59,873 nt of DNA from a virus: the UHGV virus genome UHGV-0015476; one strand, written 5' to 3'. Shown here one piece after another: positions 1-7,711 of the stretch (positions within the stretch are counted from its first letter, which is position 1; every line of letters starts with the position of its first letter). A model generated the notes under the pieces. It ran no database searches, had not been told where the DNA came from, and saw only the letters and a list, made by a program, of their open reading frames with translations. The translations under genes were made by a program, and so were the position numbers.

Positions 1-46
1 ACTGGAGCTGATAGGCGGATTTGAACCGCCGACCTCATCCTTACCA
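1..46 (-). tRNA. Partial tRNA 3' half: T-arm (GGCGG-TTCAAAT-CCGCC), 3' acceptor strand and encoded CCA. No matching 5' acceptor strand or anticodon arm was found. Probably an att-site remnant from tRNA-targeted integration.
   Basis: The reverse complement of 1-46 reads ...GGATGAGGTCGGCGGTTCAAATCCGCCTATCAGCTCCA. No complementary acceptor 5' strand (GCTGATA) occurs in the next ~100 nt. Confidence 0.5.
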
Positions 47-177
47 AGCACTGGCCGCCAATAAACGATATTATAGGAAGAGCACAATCTTTTGTCAATG
101 GCATACTTTGAATAAAGTCCCGACGGAGCCGAGATTTTCTTCAAAGCATGACTTACATTGTCTTTTATTTTTTTCTC

Positions 178-202
178 CGCGAATTTATCAGCGGCTATTA
201 TG
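178..202 (+). promoter_or_regulatory. Conserved 25-nt element CGCGAA-N12-TATTATG (copy 1 of 10); candidate promoter.
   Basis: tCTCCGCGAATTTATCAGCGGCTATTATGGG; the 12-nt spacing is exact in all copies. Confidence 0.5.
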
Positions 203-237
203 GGTGCCTGGATTAAATTTAGGAGGGAGTTGAAACG

Positions 238-312
238 ATGATAGCAATAGCAGGAGCTGTGCTGATTGGTGTCGGAGCTTTGATGATCGCCAAATGGATC
301 AAGGACAACTAA
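238..312 (+). CDS. Tiny hydrophobic peptide, 24 aa (MIAIAGAVLIGVGALMIAKWIKDN).
   Basis: RBS GGAGGGAG sits 8 nt upstream of the ATG. The ORF is below the ORF-track size cutoff and is followed by a terminator hairpin. Confidence 0.3.
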   Translation: MIAIAGAVLIGVGALMIAKWIKDN

Positions 313-317
313 AAAAT

Positions 318-349
318 AAAGAGGCCGGTTGCAAGGTCTCTTTATTTTT
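318..349 (+). terminator. Rho-independent terminator-like hairpin: 7-bp stem, GGTTGCAA loop, T-tract. Member of a TTGCAA-loop hairpin family.
   Basis: AAGAGGCC-GGTTGCAA-GGTCTCTT followed by TATTTTTG. Confidence 0.5.
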
Positions 350-360
350 GTCGCTTCTGA

Positions 361-397
361 CTCTAATCTAGGTTAGAATTCTATCTTAGGTTAGAAA
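361..397 (+). promoter_or_regulatory. Direct repeat TAGGTTAGAA x2 flanking a GAATTC-centred palindrome. Putative operator.
   Basis: ctAGGTTAGAAttctatctTAGGTTAGAAatc; it lies in the non-coding leader of the first sizeable gene. Confidence 0.3.
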
Positions 398-465
398 TCG
401 GAGGTGGCTCTTGCGTTTTTGGGGTTCGTGGGCCGCCCGGGAGACGGTGATATTTTTGCTGTCTT

Positions 466-506
466 TAGAATAGAATAGAGAATAGAGAATAGAGAATAGA
501 ATAGGA
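466..506 (+). repeat. Tandem AATAG / AATAGAG micro-repeats (~6 units) abutting the RBS of gene 516-923.
   Basis: tagaatagaatagagaatagagaatagagaatagaatagg, directly followed by AGGAGG. Confidence 0.7.
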
Positions 507-515
507 GGAAAAATT

Positions 516-923
516 ATGGGCACCGTTATACGCCCCGAGGTATCAAGTAAGAATACCTACTATATTTTAAGACATCGCTATTACGAACTCAAACACTTCT
601 GTTTGCAATATCCAGAGTGGAAGCAGGAGTACCGTTCTTTGGATGGACTTCCATCGCGGTCTGCAAGCGGTATAGAACATGTAACCGGAGGCTCGGTTCC
701 AGATCCAACCGCGCTTTATGCAGAGGCGCGAATTTACTACAGAGACAGGATGAACATGGTCGAGACAGCCGCACGAGATGCCGTTGGCGATCTTGCGAAT
801 CTCATGTTGAGGGCCGTTACAGAGGGCGTTTCCTATGAGCATATTTCTCCACCATGCTGTAAGGAAGTCTGGTACACCGCATACAGACGTTTCTTCTGGC
901 TCCTTGACAAAGCGCGAAAATAA
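516..923 (+). CDS. Hypothetical protein, 135 aa. Possible phage transcription regulator (RHRYYELKHF helix motif).
   Basis: ORF with RBS AGGAGG. It is the first sizeable gene after the att-proximal regulatory repeats. Confidence 0.5.
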   Translation: MGTVIRPEVSSKNTYYILRHRYYELKHFCLQYPEWKQEYRSLDGLPSRSASGIEHVTGGSVPDPTALYAEARIYYRDRMNMVETAARDAVGDLANLMLRAVTEGVSYEHISPPCCKEVWYTAYRRFFWLLDKARK

Positions 924-937
924 CACCGGCTATTGTG
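913..937 (+). promoter_or_regulatory. Conserved 25-nt element (copy 2), with TATTGTG variant.
   Basis: CGCGAAAATAACACCGGCTATTGTGAAGGAGG. Confidence 0.45.
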
Positions 938-952
938 AAGGAGGGGTTGAAT

Positions 953-1138
953 ATGTCACTAAACTTTTCGGACGGATTCCTGTTTGCGATTGGCTGGATT
1001 GTAGCCAAGGTTGCCATACGCTATGCAGCAAGCTTCACCAATGAGTTGCTGTATCAGTTGTGGCCGCGGTACAGAGCATTTATGGACGAACAGGACCGAA
1101 AGAAACATCCATGGCGGTATCCTTCCCCGTACAATTAA
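953..1138 (+). CDS. Hypothetical small membrane protein, 61 aa.
   Basis: RBS AGGAGGGG lies 6 nt before ATG 953. A TM-like stretch (GFLFAIGWIVAKVAI) is present and a terminator follows. Confidence 0.5.
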   Translation: MSLNFSDGFLFAIGWIVAKVAIRYAASFTNELLYQLWPRYRAFMDEQDRKKHPWRYPSPYN

Positions 1139-1145
1139 AAGGTTT

Positions 1146-1176
1146 AGAGCCCGATTGCAAGGGCTCTTTCCTTTTG
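1146..1176 (+). terminator. Rho-independent terminator (AGAGCCC-GATTGCAA-GGGCTCT plus T-rich tail). An identical hairpin recurs at 6456.
   Basis: 7-bp perfect stem and a T-rich tail. Confidence 0.6.
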
Positions 1177-1233
1177 AAAAACAGTACGCAGGTGACGAAA
1201 ACCTGTGATATTATGATAAGGAGGAAATTCAAA

Positions 1234-1470
1234 ATGGAGATCTGGTTCTGGGGGATCGGCGGGTTGGTTCTCGGATTATTGCTTGGCTTCGGTTTATCAG
1301 CTGTTATTAAACGTGAAAAGCCGGTTGGAACGCTTCGGGTGGATCGATCTGATCCGGAAGAGGCGCCCTATTTGTTTTTGGAGCTCGAACAGGACGGCAT
1401 GGACAAAATCCACAAAGCCAAGACGGTCGTCTTTAAGGTCGATTTGAGGAGTTATCTGGCGCGAAATTAG
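1234..1470 (+). CDS. Hypothetical membrane protein, 78 aa.
   Basis: RBS AGGAGGAAA lies 7 nt before the ATG. An N-terminal TM helix (IWFWGIGGLVLGLLLGFGL) is present. Confidence 0.55.
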   Translation: MEIWFWGIGGLVLGLLLGFGLSAVIKREKPVGTLRVDRSDPEEAPYLFLELEQDGMDKIHKAKTVVFKVDLRSYLARN

Positions 1471-1484
1471 CACCCGCTATTATG
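1460..1484 (+). promoter_or_regulatory. Conserved 25-nt element (copy 3).
   Basis: CGCGAAATTAGCACCCGCTATTATGGAG. Confidence 0.5.
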
Positions 1485-1512
1485 GAGTAATCCATAAAAA
1501 CTGAAAGGAGAA

Positions 1513-1920
1513 ATGAGGATGAATGCGACGATTGCGATGATGCTGGATGAGGAATACGAGAGGACTCTCGAAGCGGTATCTCAGGCGCAGATCGGAAGTG
1601 AGGAAGCCAAATGGCAGTTGCAGAAGCTGGGCGAGCTTCACAAGCAGCGGATGAACGAGGCCAAATTGCGCGGCGACGGCATCCTTCAGGACGAAGAACT
1701 CAAATTGAAGAAGAGGGAAGCATCGATGAAGGAAGAGCAGACGAAGGAGAGCAAGAAGGATCGGATCATCAAGATTGTGCTTGATGGAGCGGCCATTCTG
1801 GTGCCTGTCACGGTTTCCAGCTACTGGATGGCGAAGGGATTGAAGTTCGAGCAGACCGGGACGTTTACATCCCGCACCGGTCAATGGTTGAGCAGTCACC
1901 TCAGACTGTTCAAGAAGTGA
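1513..1920 (+). CDS. Hypothetical protein, 135 aa, with a coiled-coil-like N-terminus and a C-terminal hydrophobic segment.
   Basis: RBS AAAGGAG precedes it; alternative start at 1519. Confidence 0.55.
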   Translation: MRMNATIAMMLDEEYERTLEAVSQAQIGSEEAKWQLQKLGELHKQRMNEAKLRGDGILQDEELKLKKREASMKEEQTKESKKDRIIKIVLDGAAILVPVTVSSYWMAKGLKFEQTGTFTSRTGQWLSSHLRLFKK

Positions 1921-1934
1921 TTAGGAGACTCAAA

Positions 1935-1976
1935 GAGAGGGCTCGTGTAGGATACACGGGCTCTTTCTTTTTTGCT
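1935..1976 (+). terminator. Terminator-like hairpin with a T-tract.
   Basis: GCTCGTGTA-GGA-TACACGGGC followed by TCTTTCTTTTTTG. Confidence 0.5.
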
Positions 1977-1980
1977 CCTC

Positions 1981-2005
1981 CGCGCTAAAAACACCGGCTA
2001 TTATG
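1981..2005 (+). promoter_or_regulatory. Conserved 25-nt element (copy 4), with CGCGCT variant.
   Basis: CGCGCTAAAAACACCGGCTATTATGAAAAACCC. Confidence 0.45.
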
Positions 2006-2036
2006 AAAAACCCACTACATGAAAGGAAGGATCAAC

Positions 2037-2306
2037 ATGGCTAAAAGGGTGTATCTGTATGCATTCAACAATGTATGGAAAATCGTGGACACGAAGTTTC
2101 TGGAAGGAGATGCGATCTCGGTGCGGGACATGCTGCAACTGGCAAACTGGATGAAGGGTGTAAATCCCGGTCAAGTTGCCGTGTATGCGGTGGATAACCG
2201 GCCGGGACTCTACAAGGAATTCATGGAAGCTGTCAAAACCAAGGATTTCACCAAACACGTTGAATTCGCAGACCTCGTCAGCCGGGAAGGCATCCTAATC
2301 GAGTAA
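2037..2306 (+). CDS. Hypothetical protein, 89 aa.
   Basis: RBS GAAAGGAAGG lies 6 nt before ATG 2037, in frame with ORF 2019. Confidence 0.55.
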   Translation: MAKRVYLYAFNNVWKIVDTKFLEGDAISVRDMLQLANWMKGVNPGQVAVYAVDNRPGLYKEFMEAVKTKDFTKHVEFADLVSREGILIE

Positions 2307-2322
2307 GTTTACCAAGGGAGCG

Positions 2323-2348
2323 AGCCTTGCAAAGGCTTTTCCCTTTCG
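2323..2348 (+). terminator. Terminator-like hairpin AGCCTT-GCA-AAGGCT followed by TTTCCCTTTCG.
   Basis: 6-bp stem with a TTGCAA-type centre. Confidence 0.4.
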
Positions 2349-2403
2349 CAATATATGCTCTGGTATTTCTAAAGGTTGAGGCCTACATGGCCTCTTCTTT
2401 TTT

Positions 2404-2775
2404 ATGGAGGATCATGTGCGTTATCATTATGAGAAGCCGGGTTTCTATACAAGTCAGTACGGCGAGGTTTATATTTGCGACCATCCGGTTTACAACCGCT
2501 GTACGCTCTATAAAATTGGAGAAAAGGGTCTGGCTGTAATCCAGCAGCGGGTTGACATGGCCACTAAAACCACCTGGTGGGGCGAGATCGACGCGTGGGT
2601 GACGGATGCAATCTATTTGCATGCGGGCTTCAGGAAGCTGTTTGAGGAGCGGGCCAGGCCGAGTAAGGACGGTCTATTCCCCACGATCACCGTAAGGCAG
2701 ATCATGTGGGCACTGAAGATGAAGCCGCTTCCAAAGCAATGCTGGGAAACGGTATTTGACCGGAAAGATATTTAG
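2404..2775 (+). CDS. Hypothetical protein, ~120 aa; possible GTG start at 2416.
   Basis: RBS GGAGGA is immediately upstream. Confidence 0.5.
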   Translation: MEDHVRYHYEKPGFYTSQYGEVYICDHPVYNRCTLYKIGEKGLAVIQQRVDMATKTTWWGEIDAWVTDAIYLHAGFRKLFEERARPSKDGLFPTITVRQIMWALKMKPLPKQCWETVFDRKDI

Positions 2776-2800
2776 CGCGAAATAAACATGATCTATTATG
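2776..2800 (+). promoter_or_regulatory. Conserved 25-nt element (copy 5).
   Basis: CGCGAAATAAACATGATCTATTATGAGGAGG. Confidence 0.5.
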
Positions 2801-2815
2801 AGGAGGCGATTCGCT

Positions 2816-3076
2816 ATGACGAATCTGTGGTCATTTTTGTGGAGGTATGAACTCTGTGGTTTGGCGTTTACGGTGCTGTGTGCTGCGATCAACGTAGTGT
2901 TTGTCTATCGGACCCATTCGGATGAAAAAGTGAAGAAGTTTTATAACACGGACAACTTTGAGCTTAATCCGAAGTGGCCGAAGGCGGTGACTATGTGGTT
3001 GCTGTTCTGGCCTGTCGTGACAATCTACAGGATGCTCGATCAAACGCATAAATTTGAGAACTGGATTCATAGCTGA
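2816..3076 (+). CDS. Hypothetical membrane protein, 86 aa, with two TM segments.
   Basis: RBS GAGGAGG lies 9 nt before ATG 2816. TM segments are CGLAFTVLCAAINVVFV and VTMWLLFWPVVTI. Confidence 0.55.
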   Translation: MTNLWSFLWRYELCGLAFTVLCAAINVVFVYRTHSDEKVKKFYNTDNFELNPKWPKAVTMWLLFWPVVTIYRMLDQTHKFENWIHS

Positions 3077-3086
3077 TCTAAACGAG

Positions 3087-3115
3087 CGAAAGGCAATGCA
3101 AAGCCTTTTCGCTTT
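3087..3115 (+). terminator. Weak terminator-like hairpin with an AATGCAA loop.
   Basis: GCGAAAGGC-AATGCA-AAGCCTTTTCGC; the U-tract is poor. Confidence 0.35.
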
Positions 3116-3140
3116 CGCGATATAAACACCCGCTATTATG
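3116..3140 (+). promoter_or_regulatory. Conserved 25-nt element (copy 6).
   Basis: CGCGATATAAACACCCGCTATTATGGAAACCCC. Confidence 0.5.
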
Positions 3141-3170
3141 GAAACCCCACTATGAAAGGAGTAGTTGGAA

Positions 3171-3449
3171 ATGGCAAAAAAAAAAACAAACGGTTTGGAA
3201 AATCTGGGCGGCGCTGTAATTGACCAAGCGATCAGGGACTACATCAAGACCAAACTCGATCTGGAGAAGGCCTTCGATATGTTGGAGGAATTGCAGGACT
3301 TCTTTGAAGGGAATGACTATGAGTTCTGGTGTACGGTAAACAAACGGCAAATAAAGGGCAAGGAGATCATGAACCGTTGTGACGAAGTCGTGGAAAAGAA
3401 ACTGAAGACGTGGCGGAAGAGACGTGAAAAGGAGACGACTGCTGTATAA
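3171..3449 (+). CDS. Hypothetical protein, 92 aa, basic C-terminus.
   Basis: RBS AAAGGAG upstream; ATG 3171 is in frame with ORF 3165. Confidence 0.55.
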   Translation: MAKKKTNGLENLGGAVIDQAIRDYIKTKLDLEKAFDMLEELQDFFEGNDYEFWCTVNKRQIKGKEIMNRCDEVVEKKLKTWRKRREKETTAV

Positions 3450-3469
3450 GCAGCCTCTCTTCTTTTCTC

Positions 3470-3494
3470 CGCGAAAATTGCAGCGACTATTATG
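3470..3494 (+). promoter_or_regulatory. Conserved 25-nt element (copy 7).
   Basis: CTCCGCGAAAATTGCAGCGACTATTATGGAATC. Confidence 0.5.
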
Positions 3495-3532
3495 GAATCA
3501 ATGACTTTACTGAAATGAAGGAGGACTTGACA

Positions 3533-3664
3533 ATGAGTATTCTTAGCTTCATTTTCTTTGGTTTCCTGAGCGTGGTCGCTGTGGTAGGCTGCGTCAGGGC
3601 CGGGAAACTGTTGGTGAGGGCAATCAACGGACTGTTTGACAAAATTGAGGAGAAGATCGGTTGA
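3533..3664 (+). CDS. Small membrane peptide, 43 aa.
   Basis: RBS GAAGGAGGA lies 8 nt before the ATG. TM segment ILSFIFFGFLSVVAVVG. Below the ORF-track cutoff. Confidence 0.45.
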   Translation: MSILSFIFFGFLSVVAVVGCVRAGKLLVRAINGLFDKIEEKIG

Positions 3665-3746
3665 GATCAGAGAATTAGGAGCCGAAGCGCAGGCAAAACG
3701 CAACGGCTCTTGTTCTTTTGAAATTTATATTTGGAGGGAACGAAAA

Positions 3747-4145
3747 ATGAAGAGCTTTGTGAGTGCTGTGGTCGGCGGAGCAGTCGGTGTGATTGCCTTG
3801 TATGTGGTTGGGCGCGTGGCTTATCAGGCCGGACACGATATGGCCCAGGCAGAGCAGCACTATGAAGAAGTGCGCAAGAAGACGGAAGCACTGGAATCCT
3901 CCCATAAGGAAAACGGTGGACATATCGAATCGGCCGTTGAGGAAGAGCCGAAGGAAATGACCATTGTGGAGCCTGTCCCCATGCGCAAGCAGAATAAGCT
4001 TGGCTTGGTGATGGGGCTCAAGCGATTGATGAGCAAGAAAGAAAGTGTGCTTGGCCGGCTTGTACATCATCCTGAAGATCATCGCATCGAGGCCTTTGTC
4101 GACGGAGATGAGCTGAAAGTGAGCGTAAAGCCTCGAACCGCGTGA
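3747..4145 (+). CDS. Hypothetical membrane-anchored protein, 132 aa.
   Basis: RBS TTGGAGGGAA precedes it. N-terminal TM segment VSAVVGGAVGVIALYVVG. Confidence 0.55.
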   Translation: MKSFVSAVVGGAVGVIALYVVGRVAYQAGHDMAQAEQHYEEVRKKTEALESSHKENGGHIESAVEEEPKEMTIVEPVPMRKQNKLGLVMGLKRLMSKKESVLGRLVHHPEDHRIEAFVDGDELKVSVKPRTA

Positions 4146-4193
4146 TCTGCATATCCTTTAATGGAATCACATACGAAAGGAGCGATGTGAAAA

Positions 4194-4550
4194 ATGAAAA
4201 TCCACGTGGTACCGGACCCGAATGAAACGAAATTTCAGCGATTCAAAAGGGAGGTGAAAGCAAGATGCGAGGAACTCGGTGACTGGTTTAACAGGAACAA
4301 GGAAGCAGTGCTTGTTCTGACGCCGGTTGTGATCGGAGGCATAACGACCGTATGCAAGGTTGTTGGCAGACGGATCAACCTGCACAAGGAAGAAGCGGTG
4401 AAAAACCTGTACTGCTACGACCGGTCGCTGGGTCATTACTGGTGTTTACGCCGTGAGCTTTCCAACAAGGAATGGCTGGAAATCGACCAGAGGAAGAAAA
4501 ACGGTGAGCGGCTGAGCGATATTCTGGCTGAACTCAAAGTTTTGAAGTGA
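4194..4550 (+). CDS. Hypothetical protein, 118 aa.
   Basis: RBS AAAGGAGCGATG; followed by a strong terminator. Confidence 0.55.
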   Translation: MKIHVVPDPNETKFQRFKREVKARCEELGDWFNRNKEAVLVLTPVVIGGITTVCKVVGRRINLHKEEAVKNLYCYDRSLGHYWCLRRELSNKEWLEIDQRKKNGERLSDILAELKVLK

Positions 4551-4566
4551 TTCCAGAGCGAGGAGA

Positions 4567-4604
4567 CAATACAACGTCTCTTCGCTTTTATATTTTGAGA
4601 GGAG
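4567..4604 (+). terminator. Rho-independent terminator with a 10-bp stem (GCGAGGAGAC / GTCTCTTCGC) and TTTTATATTTT.
   Basis: Long stem plus T-tract. Confidence 0.65.
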
Positions 4605-4613
4605 TGATGCGAC

Positions 4614-4817
4614 ATGATCTTTCCCTTGTGTTTCATGATCGGCGGACTGCTACTGACCTGGTTCCTCGAGGATTATTTCCGAGAAGGGAAACCGGAAATG
4701 CGCGGGCTTGTTAAGGAGAGCCGTGAGAATGAACGCAGACGCATGATGCACCGCAATTCTTATTGCCAGCGCGGTTGGATGCCGTCCAGACAGCGAAGCT
4801 GGAAAGGAGCAAAGTAA
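4614..4817 (+). CDS. Hypothetical protein, 67 aa; N-terminal TM helix and basic C-terminus.
   Basis: RBS GAGAGGAG; the stop overlaps the next start (TAATG). Confidence 0.5.
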   Translation: MIFPLCFMIGGLLLTWFLEDYFREGKPEMRGLVKESRENERRRMMHRNSYCQRGWMPSRQRSWKGAK

Positions 4818-5005
4818 TGGAAAAAGAATATATCGGTTCAGCAATTCCCACAAGCTGCGACGTATGCGAACATGCAGTCGATGGCTTTTACGTCGGTTCG
4901 ATGTGTGAACTGACTGAAGAAGAGGTGCTGACCGAACAACACAAGAAGACGAGATGTAAGAGCTGCCCATTGTGTAAAGGAGGAAACGAAAACCAAGAGC
5001 ATTAA
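4817..5005 (+). CDS. Small Zn-ribbon protein, 62 aa (CDVC...CKSCPLC).
   Basis: RBS GGAAAGGAG lies 7 nt before ATG 4817; two CxxC pairs. Confidence 0.5.
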   Translation: MEKEYIGSAIPTSCDVCEHAVDGFYVGSMCELTEEEVLTEQHKKTRCKSCPLCKGGNENQEH

Positions 5006-5081
5006 GATTTCACAGAAGCACGGTGTAAACCCCACCATCCCGATTTGCTTCTGGTGTGGAAAAGAAAAGAACGCGATTGCT

Positions 5082-5399
5082 TTGCTGGGCAAGCTGCCTG
5101 GCGACGCGGAAGCGCCGAGATCGACCTGGCTGATGGACGACTACGAGCCCTGCGACGCTTGCAAGGAATTGCGCAAACAGGGAATCGACCTGATCGAGGC
5201 GACGGATCATCCGGTTGCTCATCCAAAGCAGCCGCAGTATCACGGCGCTTACCCGACAGGCAGACATATCATCTTATCGGAACATGGCATTCGAGCAATA
5301 TTCTCGCCCGAAGTGGCAGATGATTTGTGCAAACGAAGGGTCGGTTTTGTTGACAGCGAAACATTTTCGAAGCTGCAAGCAATTATTGGAAAGGATTGA
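5082..5399 (+). CDS. Zn-ribbon protein (C-x2-C ... C-x2-C). The annotated ATG probably truncates an N-terminal extension that holds the first CxxC.
   Basis: The open frame extends upstream to 4932 and encodes ...ICFWCGKEK... with no canonical start. A CDAC motif lies downstream. Confidence 0.45.
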   Translation: MLGKLPGDAEAPRSTWLMDDYEPCDACKELRKQGIDLIEATDHPVAHPKQPQYHGAYPTGRHIILSEHGIRAIFSPEVADDLCKRRVGFVDSETFSKLQAIIGKD

Positions 5400-6211
5400 T
5401 GCGCATGACTATCGGAGGTTGGATGAAAAAGAACGGTTCCACCATCCTGACCTGTCTTGGCGCTGGCGGTGTGATAGCGACCGTCATACTGGCGGTCCGG
5501 GCTACGCCCAGGGCGATGGGTAAGATTCAGACCGCGCGGATCGACAAAGGAAAAGAGATTCTTAACGGCGATTGCAAAGGAGAAGTCAAAAAGAATGGCG
5601 ACGGCAGCTATGAACTGCCCAAACTGACTGTGGCGGAAACCGTTGAGGTTTGCTGGACGGAGTATATACCTGCCGCGGCCATCGGCGTCGGTTCACTGGC
5701 ATGCATATTCGGCGCAAACATCCTCAGCAGAAGGCAGCAGGCATCTCTGGCCAGTGCGTACACGGCTCTCGCCGGTTCCTTTGAGGCCTATCGCGATAAG
5801 GTAGAGACGCTGTGCGGGCCGGGTACGAACGCCGCAGTTGAGAAAGCCGTCAAGCAGGAGAAGAAGGACGCCGAGGAGGATCGTCCGCCGTGGGACGAAG
5901 TGCAGACCTTCTACTTCGATGCGAACAGCCATCCTCAGTTCTTTGAGCGAACGATGGAGCAGGTCATGCGGGCGGAATACAACATCAACCGAAACCTGAT
6001 CCTGCGAGGCTACGTCTCCCTCAATGAATTTCTGGGATTCCTTGGGCTGGACTCTGTCGAGGGCGGAGAATTGATCGGCTGGGATCAGTATTATGGCGAG
6101 ACCGAGTATGGTTATCATTGGATCGATTTCAACCATCGCCATTACAGAACCGACGACGGATTGCTGGTCTGCTCGATTGAAACGCCCTTTGGACCGCATC
6201 CATATAACTGA
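5396..6211 (+). CDS. Paralog A of a triplicated two-TM membrane protein family. Likely start at 5399 or 5423.
   Basis: N-terminal TM helix, a second hydrophobic segment, and conserved A..AY.A...SF..YR..V and LNEF..LGL....G..LGW blocks shared with ORFs 6870 and 9765. Confidence 0.7.
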   Translation: MMRMTIGGWMKKNGSTILTCLGAGGVIATVILAVRATPRAMGKIQTARIDKGKEILNGDCKGEVKKNGDGSYELPKLTVAETVEVCWTEYIPAAAIGVGSLACIFGANILSRRQQASLASAYTALAGSFEAYRDKVETLCGPGTNAAVEKAVKQEKKDAEEDRPPWDEVQTFYFDANSHPQFFERTMEQVMRAEYNINRNLILRGYVSLNEFLGFLGLDSVEGGELIGWDQYYGETEYGYHWIDFNHRHYRTDDGLLVCSIETPFGPHPYN

Positions 6212-6220
6212 CAATCTTCC

Positions 6221-6245
6221 CGCGAATAAAACAGCGGCTATTATG
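6221..6245 (+). promoter_or_regulatory. Conserved 25-nt element (copy 8).
   Basis: CCCGCGAATAAAACAGCGGCTATTATGGAAACCC. Confidence 0.5.
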
Positions 6246-6275
6246 GAAACCCATATTGGAAAAGGAGGAATCATC

Positions 6276-6449
6276 ATGAAAAAAGGAAAGAAGATCGACA
6301 CGCTCAAGGCATTGGGCATTGGAGCGACGGTGCTTGGACTGGCAGCGAGCCTGTTTTCAAGCTTTGTCGAGGACAAGAAGACCGATGCTAAGATTGCGGA
6401 GAAGGTCAACAAAGCTGTGATGACCGCACTGGAAAAGAAGGAATCCTAA
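6276..6449 (+). CDS. Small single-TM protein, 57 aa.
   Basis: Preceded by copy 8 of the 25-nt element and RBS AAAGGAGGAA. TM segment LKALGIGATVLGLAASLF. Confidence 0.5.
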   Translation: MKKGKKIDTLKALGIGATVLGLAASLFSSFVEDKKTDAKIAEKVNKAVMTALEKKES

Positions 6450-6455
6450 AGGAGT

Positions 6456-6487
6456 AAGAGCCCGATTGCAAGGGCTCTTTTCTTTTG
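6456..6487 (+). terminator. Rho-independent terminator, identical hairpin to 1146 (AAGAGCCC-GATTGCAA-GGGCTCTT), followed by a T-tract.
   Basis: 8-bp stem plus TTCTTTTGG. Confidence 0.6.
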
Positions 6488-6544
6488 GCTTAAGGGAGCC
6501 CAAAGGGCGAGGCCGAAAAAGAAAAAGGAGGCGCGAGATCGGGC

Positions 6545-6889
6545 ATGACGCGGGAAGAAGCGATATCGTTGCTGCGAAGGTATCGCAGAGTGGCGTATCG
6601 ATACAACGCAAAATTCATCATATTCCCAAAGCGGAATACATTGTTTCAGACCTGTATATACGGCAGCTTTCTGATTGATGAGATGATTCGGAAAATCCGA
6701 TGCGCCACGGATGACCCCATCGAAGTCGTCTATAAGATTTACTCAGACCTGGACTGGGTTTTGGGCGAATCAGATGACGATCACTTTGAAACGCACAGGT
6801 TCGCGGCTCTGATGGAACATGAGGCCGGGAACATTCTGAGGTATCTGAAGACTGGTGAAAGGGAGCAAAATGAAGATGCAGAAAATTGA
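6545..6889 (+). CDS. Hypothetical protein, 114 aa.
   Basis: RBS GGAGGCG upstream; overlaps the start of paralog B by 20 nt. Confidence 0.5.
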   Translation: MTREEAISLLRRYRRVAYRYNAKFIIFPKRNTLFQTCIYGSFLIDEMIRKIRCATDDPIEVVYKIYSDLDWVLGESDDDHFETHRFAALMEHEAGNILRYLKTGEREQNEDAEN

Positions 6890-7661
6890 TTGGAAAGGAA
6901 TCGGCGACAACATCCTGCGGACCCTGAAGCGCAAATCTCCCGAAATCCTGACAGGCGTTGGGATCGGGGGCATGATAACGACGACCGTATTGGCGGTAAA
7001 GGCGACGCCTGAAGCAATGCGGAGAATTGAGGCCAGGAAGAAAGCCGAGCATCACAAGAAGCTGACGGCCGCTCAAACGATCCAGACTGCCTGGAAGTGC
7101 TATATTTCGGCGGGCGTAACCGGCACCGTGTCCGTGGCCTGCCTGATCGGAGCGAGCACGCTGAACGGGCGTCGGAACGCGGCACTGGCGACGGCTGCCG
7201 GGCTGGCGGAGACGAGCCTGAGGGAGTACCGCGCAAAGGTGGTTGAGACGCTTGGGGAAAAGAAGGAATCCGCGATTCTGGACGCCATCGACCGCGACCG
7301 GGTCGAACGCAATCCGCCCCCGGCGAGTACGGACGAGCCGCCCGTTGTGGAAGGATCCGCCGGACAGACGCTGTGCTATGACAGCATGTTCGGTCGGTAT
7401 TTCTATTCCGACGTAGAGACGCTCAAGCGGGTGGAGAATAAACTGAACCGGCAGATGGCGACGATGAGCGAACCTTATATTTCCCTCAATGAATTCTATA
7501 TGGAGATTGGACTGCCCACTGTGGATATTGGTGATGATCTCGGGTGGAATGTGAGCGACGGCATGATCGAGCTGAGGTTTTCCAGCCAGCTTGTCAATGG
7601 TCGGACGCCATGCCTTGTGGTGAGTCATCTGGTTCCCCCGACATACGACTATAACAAATGA
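6870..7661 (+). CDS. Paralog B of the two-TM membrane protein family, 263 aa.
   Basis: RBS GAAAGGGAG upstream. Shares SPEILTGVGIGGMITTTVLAVKATPEAM and LNEFYMEIGL...LGW blocks with A and C. Confidence 0.7.
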   Translation: MKMQKIDWKGIGDNILRTLKRKSPEILTGVGIGGMITTTVLAVKATPEAMRRIEARKKAEHHKKLTAAQTIQTAWKCYISAGVTGTVSVACLIGASTLNGRRNAALATAAGLAETSLREYRAKVVETLGEKKESAILDAIDRDRVERNPPPASTDEPPVVEGSAGQTLCYDSMFGRYFYSDVETLKRVENKLNRQMATMSEPYISLNEFYMEIGLPTVDIGDDLGWNVSDGMIELRFSSQLVNGRTPCLVVSHLVPPTYDYNK

Positions 7662-7711
7662 AGTGCCAAGTGGCTGGTCGCAAACGGGTAGGGCGAAGCG
7701 GAGTCAATGTC

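Noticed and set aside
466-506. Tandem short repeats (AATAGAG) and the iteron array at 27149-27463 were considered as a possible CRISPR array.
   Set aside because: Repeat units are 5-10 nt, with no ~30-nt spacers and no regular repeat-spacer periodicity. They are regulatory or origin-type repeats, not CRISPR.
905-937. TTGACA at 905-910 as a sigma-A -35 for copy 2 of the 25-nt element.
   Set aside because: It is 20 nt from the -10 box, which is too far, it is not conserved in the other nine copies, and it lies inside the coding sequence of gene 516-923.
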